From the human T2T-CHM13v2.0 reference genome, Homo sapiens, in assembly GCF_009914755.1 (NCBI RefSeq), contig NC_060925.1: a stretch of 64,000 nt of DNA; one strand, written 5' to 3'. The notes under the pieces were generated by a model that worked only from the letters and a program-made list of their open reading frames with translations, was not told where the DNA came from and did not search any database. Numbering within the stretch: position 1 is the first letter of the stretch; every line of letters starts with the position of its first letter. Positions 25,650 through 52,619 of this stretch are shown here, one piece after another. The translations under genes and the position numbers were made by a program.

Positions 25650-26365
25650 TCAGGAGGTATAGGTGGGAAGACTGCTTGAGCCTAGGAGGTTGGAGGTGCA
25701 CGGGGCCAAGACTGAGCCGCTGCACTTCAGACTGGGCGACAGAGAGAGAACCTGTCTCAAAAAAAAAAAAAAAAAAAAAATTCCCTCCTGAGTTTGAAGA
25801 TAAAGCAAAGATTCTAGAAGCATTTAAGGAACATTAACCAAGCATCTCATTTGCTACGCACAGAAGGGTACTGTATTAAAATTATGATCTAACTAACCAT
25901 TGCCTCACTGTAATCCTAAGCCTCTTTGAACCTTAGCCTTCTTAAATGTAAAATAGGAGTTTTTAAAAGATGATCTTTTGGGACTCTTCCATCACTGACA
26001 TTCTTTTATTTGAGATGCAGAGATCTGTGCTCATTCAGGGTTGAGTGGAATGGGATTTAAAGCACTTATCAAGTACATAACTGAGTTCCAACTGTTTTCA
26101 ACTTCACATCTGATTCCCAAGAATGAAGCAGAAAATGAAGATGTTTGCATATGGGCTTCCTAGATTGAGTATCTGACACAAGAAAAGCTTGCCAAGAGCC
26201 AAGTAGGCAGTGCGAAGGAGAAGTTGTCTTCCCCTGAATACGTCCTTTATCTCTCTGGGTTCAGGGAATACTGTGAAAAAATGGATCACTAAATCTTTTC
26301 CAAACCCTTTCCCTTTACTTTGTAGGCTGATCTCATATCCATGGTCCCTTAGATCCAAGGCTTTT

Positions 26366-26960
26366 AGGAGCTTGGGTACTCACAGCCCTGTTCCGAGACT
26401 CAGGAACTCGGAGTCTCAAAGCCCGGATCCCGTCCCCAAAGAAGCCCCAGTCTTCACTGCCCGCTTCTGTTCCCTTCCAAACTCAAGTTTTCTCTGTCTG
26501 CTTCTGCCCCTCAGGAACCTAAGTCTTCGCTGCCCCGTTTCTGAATCCTTAGGAGCCCGGGTCTTCACTGTCCCGCTTCTGCCTCTTAGGAGCCCAAGTC
26601 CTCACCGCTCCACTTTTACCTCTCCGGAGCCTGTGTCTTCACGCCCCGTTCCTTTCTGACCCTTTCCTCGTAGGAGTGCGGGTCCTCATAATCCTGCTCC
26701 TCTCAGACCACTTTCCCTCAGATGCCGGAGAACTCGCATCCGTCCCCGTTCCCTAAGTCCCGTCTTGGAGCCCGGGTCCCCACAGCCGCGTCTTCTCCGA
26801 GCCTGATCCTCTCAGTCAGTCCCTTCCCAAGAGCCTGAATCCTCACAGCCCCGTCTCGTCCACAACCTGGTCCTTCGAACACTGACCCACTGTAGGTCTG
26901 GGTCCTGACTCCCTCCTCCCGCTCTTGTTCCTCAACTGCCAGGGCCCAAGACTCACAGGC
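26366..26960. repeat. Degenerate ~37-bp tandem repeat (about 14 units, consensus ~AGGAGCCCRRGTCYTCACNGCCCCGYTTCTG) at the start of TAF12 intron 1
   Basis: Unit starts at ~26366, 26402, 26440, 26477, 26513, 26551, 26588, 26625, 26672, 26766, 26797, 26829, 26894 and 26941; spacing 36-38 bp in the core. Confidence 0.8.
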
Positions 26961-27060
26961 AGCAGCGTCTATCTCCCCATGATATGCAGAGACTGCCCCA
27001 GTGAAGCGTTCGTCTCAGCAGCCGGTCCGACTGCGCGGCCCTCCCCGACTACTTCCGGCA
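26957..27060 (-). other. TAF12: TAF12 non-coding first exon (TSS end approximate)
   Basis: CpG-rich; ends CTGCCT|gtgagt (donor 26956-26951); directly downstream (minus strand) of the ETS/NRF1 promoter motifs. Confidence 0.85.
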
Positions 27061-27360
27061 CCGCTCCCCGCCTCCAACCCGGAAACGCGCGGCTCTTCCG
27101 GCCGGCGGGCGCGCGCCTCGCTTGCGCAGGCGCAGACTGCCCTCCGACACGTGGTGGCGATATTGAGCTGTGTGTAGGTACACCCTGCAGCTTGCGCTTT
27201 TAACTGCTTGTGGTTGAGTGGCAGCATGAGCGAGCTCTGCGTATTCCAACCCGGCGTTAAGAATCCTTCACTAGCTTTTCTTCCCGACGCTGCTTATTTA
27301 TCTATCGGTAGCATGACGGGTAATTGACGCCCTCGGATGGCTTTGAGGTCGCCATTTTTG
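26990..27360. promoter_or_regulatory. TAF12 bidirectional CpG-island promoter
   Basis: ETS motif ACTTCCGG 27051-27058, NRF1 TGCGCAGGCGCA 27123-27134, E-box CACGTG 27148-27153, YY1 CGCCATTTT 27350-27358; high CpG density. Confidence 0.85.
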
Positions 27361-28454
27361 GTTGGTGCCTTTGTCTTGGTGTCAGGACTGGGATATCATC
27401 TGGGACACATTACCCCACAGGTATCCTGTTGGACCTCAACGAGGAAGTTGGCAACAGAGGAACCAGGAGATGAGAGAGATCGGTTGGTTGTGCCTGTGAA
27501 CTGGCAATTCAGTAGTAACAATTGAGTGCTTACTGTTTGCCGGGAATTGTGCTAATCCGCTTACCTCCGTTACGCCATTTAATCATTTAGAGGAGACCTG
27601 TGAGAGATTAAGCAAAGTTCTAGCTAATAAGTGCAGAGCCTCAGCTTGAACTCAGAACTCACTACTAAGCCAAAGCCTGTCCTGTAGCATTCTCTAATGC
27701 TTTCAGTTTTTCGGCTGTCAGATGCTTGGTGAGAACTGCTGTTATGTGGCTCACGCCTGTAATCCCAGCACTTTGGGAGGCCGAGGAGGGTGGATCACGA
27801 GGTCAAGAGTTCAAGACCAGTCTGGCCAAGATGGTGAAACCCCGTCTCTACTAAAAATACAAAAAATTAGCCGGGCGTGGTGGCATGCGCCTGTAATCGC
27901 AGCTACTCCGGAGGCTGACGCAGAGAACTGCTTAAACCTGGAGGGGCGGAGGTTGCAGTGAGCCGAGATCGCGCCACTGCACTCCAGCCTGGGCGACAGA
28001 GCGAGACTCTGTCTCAAAAAAAAAAAAAAGAGAACAGCTGTTATTTTTTACTGTATGCTGGAATGTTAGGCATGCAAGTAAGACCCAATTCCAGCATCTG
28101 TAAGGTTCACAGTAAGATGGAGAAGAACCCACAAACACACCAAAAATTGTATAAAGAGCTGTGACAGGCCAGAGTGAGCCACATAGAAATTAGGAAGAGG
28201 TGCCCAGATTGGTGCGGCATCCTGCCCTGTCTTTATATCTTCCTAATCCTCATCCTACCACGTTCCCAGTCCACCCTCTACACTGCCACCCAATCCAAAT
28301 TCTCAGATTCAAGTCCTCATGAACATTGGGCTCTAAGCTGTATTCCTAGCCTTATTTCCTTGCCACTGCTCTCCATTCTTTTTAGGGTCCGGCATACCAC
28401 TTTTTGTTGTTGAATGCCTATACATCTTTTTTAAGACCCAGGTTGAATGTATAT

Positions 28455-28880
28455 ACGTTCATTTGACAAGTGTTTGAGTCTCATTGTGTGACAAGCCTTT
28501 TGCTATGTGCTGAGTACATAACTGGTGGCTAAGACGGATGATCTCTGTCCTTAGAAAGTTTGCAACCTAGAGTGGGAAACAGACCATTAGCAACTGCACA
28601 AAAGGGTGATAGAAGAGAATACTGGAATAAGCCAGACTTATCTAGCTGGCTGATGGCCTGAGCCATGGTCTTCAGTAAGGAAAACACTTACTCAAGGACC
28701 AAGATGGCCAAGGTGGCTGGAGCTTTGGTAACCGGGAAAGACAATGAGTTTGGAGAGGTAGGCAGGGGTTTGTTATAGTCTGGACCTTTTAGCCTAGACT
28801 ATGATGGGGACTTGAGATTATATTCAGTATGCAATGGGAAGGTGTTGGAAGAACGGTGAAATTATGGCGATTGTTAAATG
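28455..28880 (-). mobile_element. L2 fragment
   Basis: ttcatttgacaagtgtttgag...ctctgtccttagaaagtttgcaacctag...tggagaggtaggcagggg...ggacttgagattatattc. Confidence 0.55.
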
Positions 28881-28998
28881 ATACAGGGTCTCACTCTGTC
28901 ACCAGGGCTAGAGTGCAGTGGCACAATCATAGTTCACTACAGCCTCAAACTCCTGTGTTCAAGCGATCCTCCTCCACCTCAGCTTCCCAAGTAGATGA

Positions 28999-29205
<207 letters not shown>

Positions 29206-29506
29206 TAGCCAGGATGGTCTCGATCTCCTGACCTCGTGATCCGCCTGCCTTGGCCTCCCAAAATGCTGGGATTACAGGCAGGAGCCACTGCGCCCGGCCT
29301 CTTCTTTTTTTTTTTTTTCTTTAAGAGATAAGGACTGGACACCCTGGCTCACGCCTGTAATCCCAGCACTTTGGGAGGCTGAGGCAGGAGGATCACGAGG
29401 TCAGGAGATAGAGATCATCCTGGCCAAAATAGTGAAACCCTATCTCTACTAAAAATACAAAAATTAGCTGGGCGTGGTGGTGCACGCCTGTGACCCCAGC
29501 TACTCA

Positions 29507-29611
<105 letters not shown>

Positions 29612-30097
29612 TCAAACAAAACTACAACAACAACAAAAAAACAGATAAGGCCAGGCCAGGCACTGTGGCTCACGCCTGTAATCCCAGCATTTTGGGAGGC
29701 CGAGGCAGGTGGATCACTTGAGGTTAGGAGTTTGAGACCAGCCTGGCCAACAGGGTGAAACCTACTAAAAATATTTTAAAAATTAGCCGGGTGTAGTGGC
29801 GCGTGCCTGTAGTCCCAAGCTACTCAGGAGGCTGAGGCATGAGAATCGCTTAAACCTGGGTGGTAGAGGTTGAAGCGAGCCGAGATCGTGCCACTGCACT
29901 CCAACCTGGGCAACAGAGTGAGACTGTCTGGGAAAAAAAAAAAAAAGAGAGATAAGGTCAGATGTGGTGGCTTTACACCTGTAATCCCAACACTTTGGGA
30001 GGCGCAGCAGGAGGACTGCTTGAGCCCAGGAGTTTGACCGGCCTGGGCAAGATAGGGAGACACTGTCTCTAAAAAAAAAAAAAAAAAATTAGCCTCA

Positions 30098-30316
<219 letters not shown>

Positions 30317-30478
30317 TCACAAGTTTATACAACACATCTGCTTCCTATTACAATGTAAGAGCTGTTTATTTATCTCCTTTCTCTTGTGACTTCTACTTTG
30401 TAAAGAGCAGGGAACTCCATGTATTATTAAAATATATTAAAGAAAGTAAAATACCTAACAGTCTATATTTTGTGTTGA

Positions 30479-30619
<141 letters not shown>

Positions 30620-30625
30620 TAGTAG

Positions 30626-30868
<243 letters not shown>

Positions 30869-30946
30869 TAGCCAGGATGGTCTCGATCTTCTGACCTAGT
30901 GATCTGCCCACCTCGGCCTCTCAAAGTGCTGGGATTACAGGCGTGA

Positions 30947-31159
<213 letters not shown>

Positions 31160-31627
31160 TAAACACTAAACTGTTCACAGTTTGGAGGAAGCATTTTCAC
31201 ATTTTATAACATCTCTGTGCTGTTTCAATTTCTTTACAATTGTCACATATTGTTTTTTTTTTATTTTCTTGAGACAAGATCTTCATCTGTCACCTAGGCT
31301 GGAGTGCAGTGGCATGATTATGGCTCACTGTAGCCTTGACTTCCCTGGCTCAAGCAATCCTTCTGCCTCAGCCTTTGGGGTAGCTGGGACCACAGGCCCA
31401 TGCCACGATGCCCAGTTAATATTTTATTTTGGGGTAGGGACGAGGTCTCTATATGTTGCCCATTGTGGTCTCAAACTCCTGGGCTCTCAAAGTGTTGGGA
31501 TTACAGGCATGACCCACAGCACCCGTCCATCATTATCCATAAAAAAAATGGGAACAGGCCGGGCACGGTGGCTCACGCCTATAATCCCAGCACTCTGGGA
31601 GGCTGAGGCGGGCGGATCACAAAGTCA

Positions 31628-31894
<267 letters not shown>

Positions 31895-32168
31895 TCATTT
31901 TTCACATTAATGCTATGCTGTACCTTATTCTACAACTCTTTTCACTCGATTTAAAAAAAAAAAATTCTAATACTCCTTCGAAGTGCAGCATATAGCATGC
32001 CACAATATGAACACACCATGACAATCAGCTTATGCGTGACCTTGTGACCTTGTGCTTCCACTGCACGCCTGCCTGGGCTGCTCCAAGGTGGTGGCTAGGG
32101 GTGGCACAAGTTACACATTTTCAATTTGGATAGGTTGTGATTCTTGTCTTCCCCAGTCAGATACCTAC

Positions 32169-32198
32169 AGCCGCTGAGAGCCGGTATTCCAACGCCAT
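32169..32198 (-). CDS. TAF12: Alternative upstream TAF12 first exon inside the RNU11 promoter region, encoding MALEYRLSAA
   Basis: Minus strand ctcATGGCGTTGGAATACCGGCTCTCAGCGGCT|gtaggt: 10 codons, phase-0 donor at 32168-32163, in frame with exon 2; CpG-rich context with ETS-like ACCGGAAG at 32251-32258. Confidence 0.6.
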
Positions 32199-32323
32199 GA
32201 GACGCCTTCTGTCGTGAGCAGTTGACAAGAAAGACCCAGCACTTACTGCAACCGGAAGGAGCGGTTCCTCCCTCGCTCGCGCAGCCGCTCTTCCCCGCCA
32301 CTCCCTCGGTGCCCGCCAGCACA

Positions 32324-32352
32324 TTCCCAGCAAGCCCTGAGTATATTTGCAT
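32324..32352 (+). promoter_or_regulatory. U11 distal sequence element: SPH/ZNF143 site plus octamer
   Basis: TTCCCAGCAAGCCCTGA 32324-32340 and ATTTGCAT 32345-32352, about 215-240 nt upstream of the U11 start, the typical DSE position. Confidence 0.85.
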
Positions 32353-32502
32353 ATCAACTCACTACATTTTTTTCTTCTAACTAAAAAATCGAAAGGACAA
32401 ATTCCAGATTCTCCTTGTGAAGTCTTCCTTTCAGTTCAGAAGAAATGGAATTCGCTCTTCAACTTCAGGAAGTTGAAATAAAGAGTTGCTTGGATTTTGT
32501 GT

Positions 32503-32521
32503 TCACCTTTACCAAAAAATG
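32503..32521 (+). promoter_or_regulatory. U11 proximal sequence element (SNAPc site)
   Basis: TCACCTTTACCAAAAAATG starting at -61 relative to U11 +1; fits the TCACCNTNA...AAA PSE pattern. No TATA box, consistent with a Pol II snRNA gene. Confidence 0.85.
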
Positions 32522-32563
32522 GATTTGGTAACACTGCCACCCTGCTTTGGTGACAGAGAAAGC

Positions 32564-32697
32564 AAAAAGGGCTTCTGTCGTGAGTGGCACACGTAGGGCA
32601 ACTCGATTGCTCTGCGTGCGGAATCGACATCAAGAGATTTCGGAAGCATAATTTTTTGGTATTTGGGCAGCTGGTGATCGTTGGTCCCGGCGCCCTT
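32564..32697 (+). ncRNA. RNU11: U11 small nuclear RNA (minor spliceosome)
   Basis: AAAAAGGGCTTCTGTCGTGAGTGGCACACG...AATTTTTTGG (Sm site ~32650-32659)...GGTCCCGGCGCCCTT matches human U11; an intact PSE and DSE indicate the functional gene. Confidence 0.97.
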
Positions 32698-32712
32698 TCT
32701 TTACTGTTATAT

Positions 32713-32728
32713 GTTAGGCGAAATATTA
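32713..32728 (+). terminator. Putative snRNA 3' box
   Basis: GTTAGGCGAAATATTA about 15 nt after the U11 3' end; loose match to GTTTN(1-4)AANARNAGA. Confidence 0.4.
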
Positions 32729-33314
32729 CGCGTTTGGAGTAAGTGGTGCTTTTTGTAACTGAAAAGAGATTCTGTGTGTGTTTTTTTTTTTTTTTAGAGG
32801 CTGCATAGTTATTTGTATGAACCGCAGGTGACCTAATTAGCAAGGTAATTCAGACCTGTATCCTAGCACTTAAGAAGTGGAAGTGGGATAACCCTGCGTG
32901 TTCTCGTGTGGGAGGCTAGCTTAAGCAACAAAGCAGGAAGGCCCCACCAACAAAAGAATTTAAAAATTATACGTGCGTGGTGGCGCGCGTATGAGGAAAT
33001 TATTTGGCAACTGTGTTACAGTATAGCAGCAAATGGAATAGACCTAGTCCCTGACTTTAGGAGACCTGCCTCAGCCCCCCGAATGGCTGGGACTACAGGC
33101 GTGCGCCTCCGCGCCCAGCTAATTTTTGCATTTTTGGTAGAGACGGGTTCACCATGTTGGCCAGGATGGTCTCCATCTCTTCATCTGGTGATCCGCCCAC
33201 CTCGGCCTCTAGGAGTGCTAGGATTACAGGCGTGGCCATCGCGCCCGGCCTGCAATGTTATTTTATGAAGCAGAGGAAATTGAAATTACCTTCACCAGGC
33301 CTTAGCAAACTTTT

Positions 33315-34745
<1,431 letters not shown>

Positions 34746-35055
34746 ATATATCGGGAGTCTCTCTGAGTCTACTCTGGCCCAAGAGGCTGCCAGACAATAA
34801 TTCAAAATAACAATAATAATAATAATAATAAAGACCATTGCTATGGCTCACACCTGTAATCCCAGCACTATGGGAAGCCAAGGTGAGAGGATCCCTTGAT
34901 GCCAGGAGTTCAAGACCTAAAGATATCTCTACAAATAATTTATAAAATTAGCTAGGTGTGGGCCAGTCATGGTGGCTCATGCCTATAATCCCAGCAGTTT
35001 GGGAGGCTGAGGTGAGTGGATCACTTGAGGTCAGGAGTTCAAGACCAGCTGGCTA

Positions 35056-35223
<168 letters not shown>

Positions 35224-35226
35224 TCA

Positions 35227-37233
<2,007 letters not shown>

Positions 37234-37267
37234 TGTTTGTTTTTTGAGACAGAGTCTTGCTCTATAG

Positions 37268-37417
<150 letters not shown>

Positions 37418-37559
37418 TAGTAGAGACGGGGTTTCACTGGGTTAGCCAGGATGGTCTCGATCTCCTGACCTTGTGATCTGTCCGCCTCAGCCTCCCAAAA
37501 TGCTGGGATTATAGGCGTCAGCCACTGCACCCAGCCTTTTTTTTTTTTTTTTTTTTTGA

Positions 37560-37858
<299 letters not shown>

Positions 37859-37975
37859 TAGTGGAGACGGGGTTTCACCATGCTGGCCAGGCTGGTGTTG
37901 AACTCCTGACCTCAGGTGATCTGCCCGCCTCGGCCTCCCAAAGTGCTGAGATTATAGGGGTGAGCCAGTGCACCT

Positions 37976-44038
<6,063 letters not shown>

Positions 44039-44057
44039 TCACGAGGTCAGGAGTTCA

Positions 44058-44570
<513 letters not shown>

Positions 44571-44744
44571 TTAGCTGGGCGTGGTGGTGCACGCCTGTAA
44601 TCTCAGCTACTCAGGAGGCTGAGGCAGAAGAATCATTTGAACCCAGGAGGTGGAGGTTGTAGTGAGCTGAGATCGTGCCACTGCACTCTGGCCTGGGCAA
44701 CAAGAGGAAAACTCCATCTCAAAAATAAATAAATAAATAAACAA

Positions 44745-45480
<736 letters not shown>

Positions 45481-45857
45481 AAATAATTTAAAAGGAAAGA
45501 TATTGAAGAGTAAGATTTTGGGTGTGCCTGTGATATCCCTGACACTGAGCTGGGAGGTGGTCACTGGCTCAGGGAGCTTACACGCTAATGAGCCAACAGT
45601 GCTTATGCCAAGTGTCCACATCATGCCTGGTAGAGCAGAAGTGCTCATAAATGTAGTTATTATTTGATAACCCTCAGCTCACTTTTGAAAGTAAGCAGGA
45701 TTCCAAATTAAACCACCTTGGAGAAGTCTTATGACACAATGGTGACATTCTGTCTCCCAGTAAAGAATCTGTTTTCGCCTGGGCTCGGTGGCTTACGCCT
45801 ATAATCCCAGGACTTTGGGAGGCCGAGGTAGGTGTATCACCTCAGGTCAGGAGTTCA

Positions 45858-46103
<246 letters not shown>

Positions 46104-46619
46104 TCACGCCTGTAATCCCAGCACTTTGGGAGGCTGAGGAGAGCGGATCGTTTGATGCTAGGAGTTCAAGACCAGCCTGGCCAACATAGTGAAACCCTGT
46201 CTTTACTAAAAATAAAAAAATTAGCTGGACATGGTGGCGCGTGCCTGTAGTCCTAGCTACTCAGGAGGCTGAGGCAGAAGAATCGCTTGAAAACGGGAGG
46301 TGGAGGTTGCACTGTGCTCCAGCTTGGGCAACAGAGTGAGACTTTGTCTCAAAAAAAAAAAAAGATTCCGTTTTTTTCTTTTTTGTACAGAACAATAGGA
46401 ACATACTAGCAAAAAATCTCATTGTAAATTTCTCAAATTGTTGTACTGATCAATGTGTAACCTGTGGGACACTAAATGGGACGCTGATTTATTTTTTTTT
46501 TAAGATTAACTGAAGCGCACCTCTGGAGGCTGAGGTTGGAGGATCCCTTGAGCCCAGGAGTTCCAGGCTATAGTGAATTATGATTGCACCATTGTACTCT
46601 ACCCTGAGCAGCGAAGTGA

Positions 46620-46830
<211 letters not shown>

Positions 46831-47037
46831 TAGCCAGGATGGTCTTGATCTCCTGACCTCATGATCTGCCCGCCTTGGCCTCCCAAAGTGCTGGGATTAC
46901 AGGTGTGAGACACCGCGCCCGACCGACCCTGTCTCTAAAAAAAAGAAAAAAAGCCAGGCGCGGTGGCTCACACCTGTAATCCCAGCATTTTGGGAGGCCA
47001 AGGCGGGTGGATCAGGAGATCGAGACCATCCTGGCTA

Positions 47038-47516
<479 letters not shown>

Positions 47517-47559
47517 TCAAAAAAAAAAAAAAAAAAAGAAAAGGAAGAAAAAAAGAGGA

Positions 47560-47743
47560 CAATTCTGGTATGAGGACCCCACGCCCTTGTTTTAAACTTT
47601 CCTGTAAAAACCTTTGTCCTTGGGACAGACTCGGGAACATGCCCAACTCTGCTGGTGTGTCTTCCTGGGTCAATTCTCACATTTGCCTTCCAATAAGCCT
47701 TTATCAAATTATTTCTGTCTCATCAGCCTTAAGTTTAGTTGCA
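47560..47743 (+). mobile_element. ERV1-class LTR 3' fragment
   Basis: ggtgtgtcttcctgggtcaattctcacatttgccttccaataagcc...tttagttgca resembles the R/U5 end of MER4-group LTRs. Confidence 0.5.
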
Positions 47744-48337
47744 TAATGGTCACCATCACAGATAAGTAGACTGAGGCCCAGAGAGAGCCTTAACAAAGGA
47801 ATGAAGGTCCTACGACAAGGGAGGCAGCACCGACTGGGCTCTGAGTTCTGTAAGGTGAGTGGGTGGTAAGTGTCAGTGGAAGGTTTGTTATTGTTGTTGT
47901 TGTTGTTTCGAGACAGAGTCATGTAGGCTGGAGTGCAGTGGCCTGATCATGGCTCACTGCAGCCTTAAACTCCTGGACTCAAGCCATTCACCCGCCTTGG
48001 CCTCCCAAAGTGCTGGGATTACAGCTGTGAGTCTCCGCAACCGGCCTTGCCTTTTGTTTTGGTTGCGGTGGTGGACCCTGGGTGAGGGTAGGGGTGCGGT
48101 GGGGTGGAGCAGGAGGTGATACACCTGACTGCTGCATCTAGATTCATCCTAGTCTTTTTTTTTTTTTTTTTTGCACCAACTGGCAGAATTTCCTCCCTTT
48201 CTCTCTCTGCCTCCTTTTCTGATTCACTCTCCATCTGTTAGTGGCTTCTGGCTTCTGAGAATGTGGATGCAGAAGGGTGGGGTAAGCTGTGGGGGGTGGG
48301 GAAGTAGATACAAAAATACAGGCAGTCCTTAATAGGC

Positions 48338-49445
<1,108 letters not shown>

Positions 49446-49489
49446 AGACCAGATGATGCTTGAAGTTTTTGTCTTTTAAAAAATCAGTT

Positions 49490-52045
<2,556 letters not shown>

Positions 52046-52619
52046 AAAAATAAAGGTCTTAATACTTGTTAATTACTATTACTGACCCCAGGAACTCTCT
52101 GAAGCACTTTTCATGCAGGTATCACCTTCTTTAGCACTCACATTATGTCTTATCGGAAACAGGTTTAGAGCTGTCAAGAAATTCCTCCAGAGTCGTTTAC
52201 ACTTCCAGCAGGGGAGTCAAGACTTCAACCCAGAAACTCACAAGCAGGAAAAACTTGGCAAACAGGCACGGGTCAGACAATGCTTAGGGCTTGCTCAAGG
52301 ACTCGTGACCAGTTACTGATCTATGCAGATCTTCTGATTGCAAACTGATAGCTGGATTGTAACTTGAAGGGTCCGATAAGATGTAAACTTCATAAAACAG
52401 GATTTGGGGAGGTAAATGGAGTAGAGTCCTCCAGAGGAGTCGAGAAAGCTAGCTTGGCCCTCAATTGTGGTTGAGGTGATTCTTTCATTTAGGGCCTATT
52501 TTCCTCATCTATGAGTGCGGGAAGGAGAGTTACTGGGGTCTCTAGCGACCTTTCCAACACTGATTTTCAAGGGCGAAAGAATTCTGCTTAGGTAAGGCCC
52601 AAATCCCTTGGCTAAGGTT

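Noticed and set aside
26210-26659. 149-aa plus-strand ORF
   Set aside because: Non-ATG start, antisense to TAF12, and explained by the C/T-rich degenerate repeat.
26366-26960. CRISPR-like interpretation of the ~37-bp array
   Set aside because: Eukaryotic context; units are diverged along their whole length, with no conserved repeat plus unique spacer structure and no cas genes.
32159-32164. Alternative donor TAG|GTATCT 4 nt downstream of the proposed RNU11-divergent donor
   Set aside because: Poorer +4 to +6 match, and it would shift MALEYRLSAA out of frame. It cannot be excluded without reads, so it is a caveat rather than a feature.
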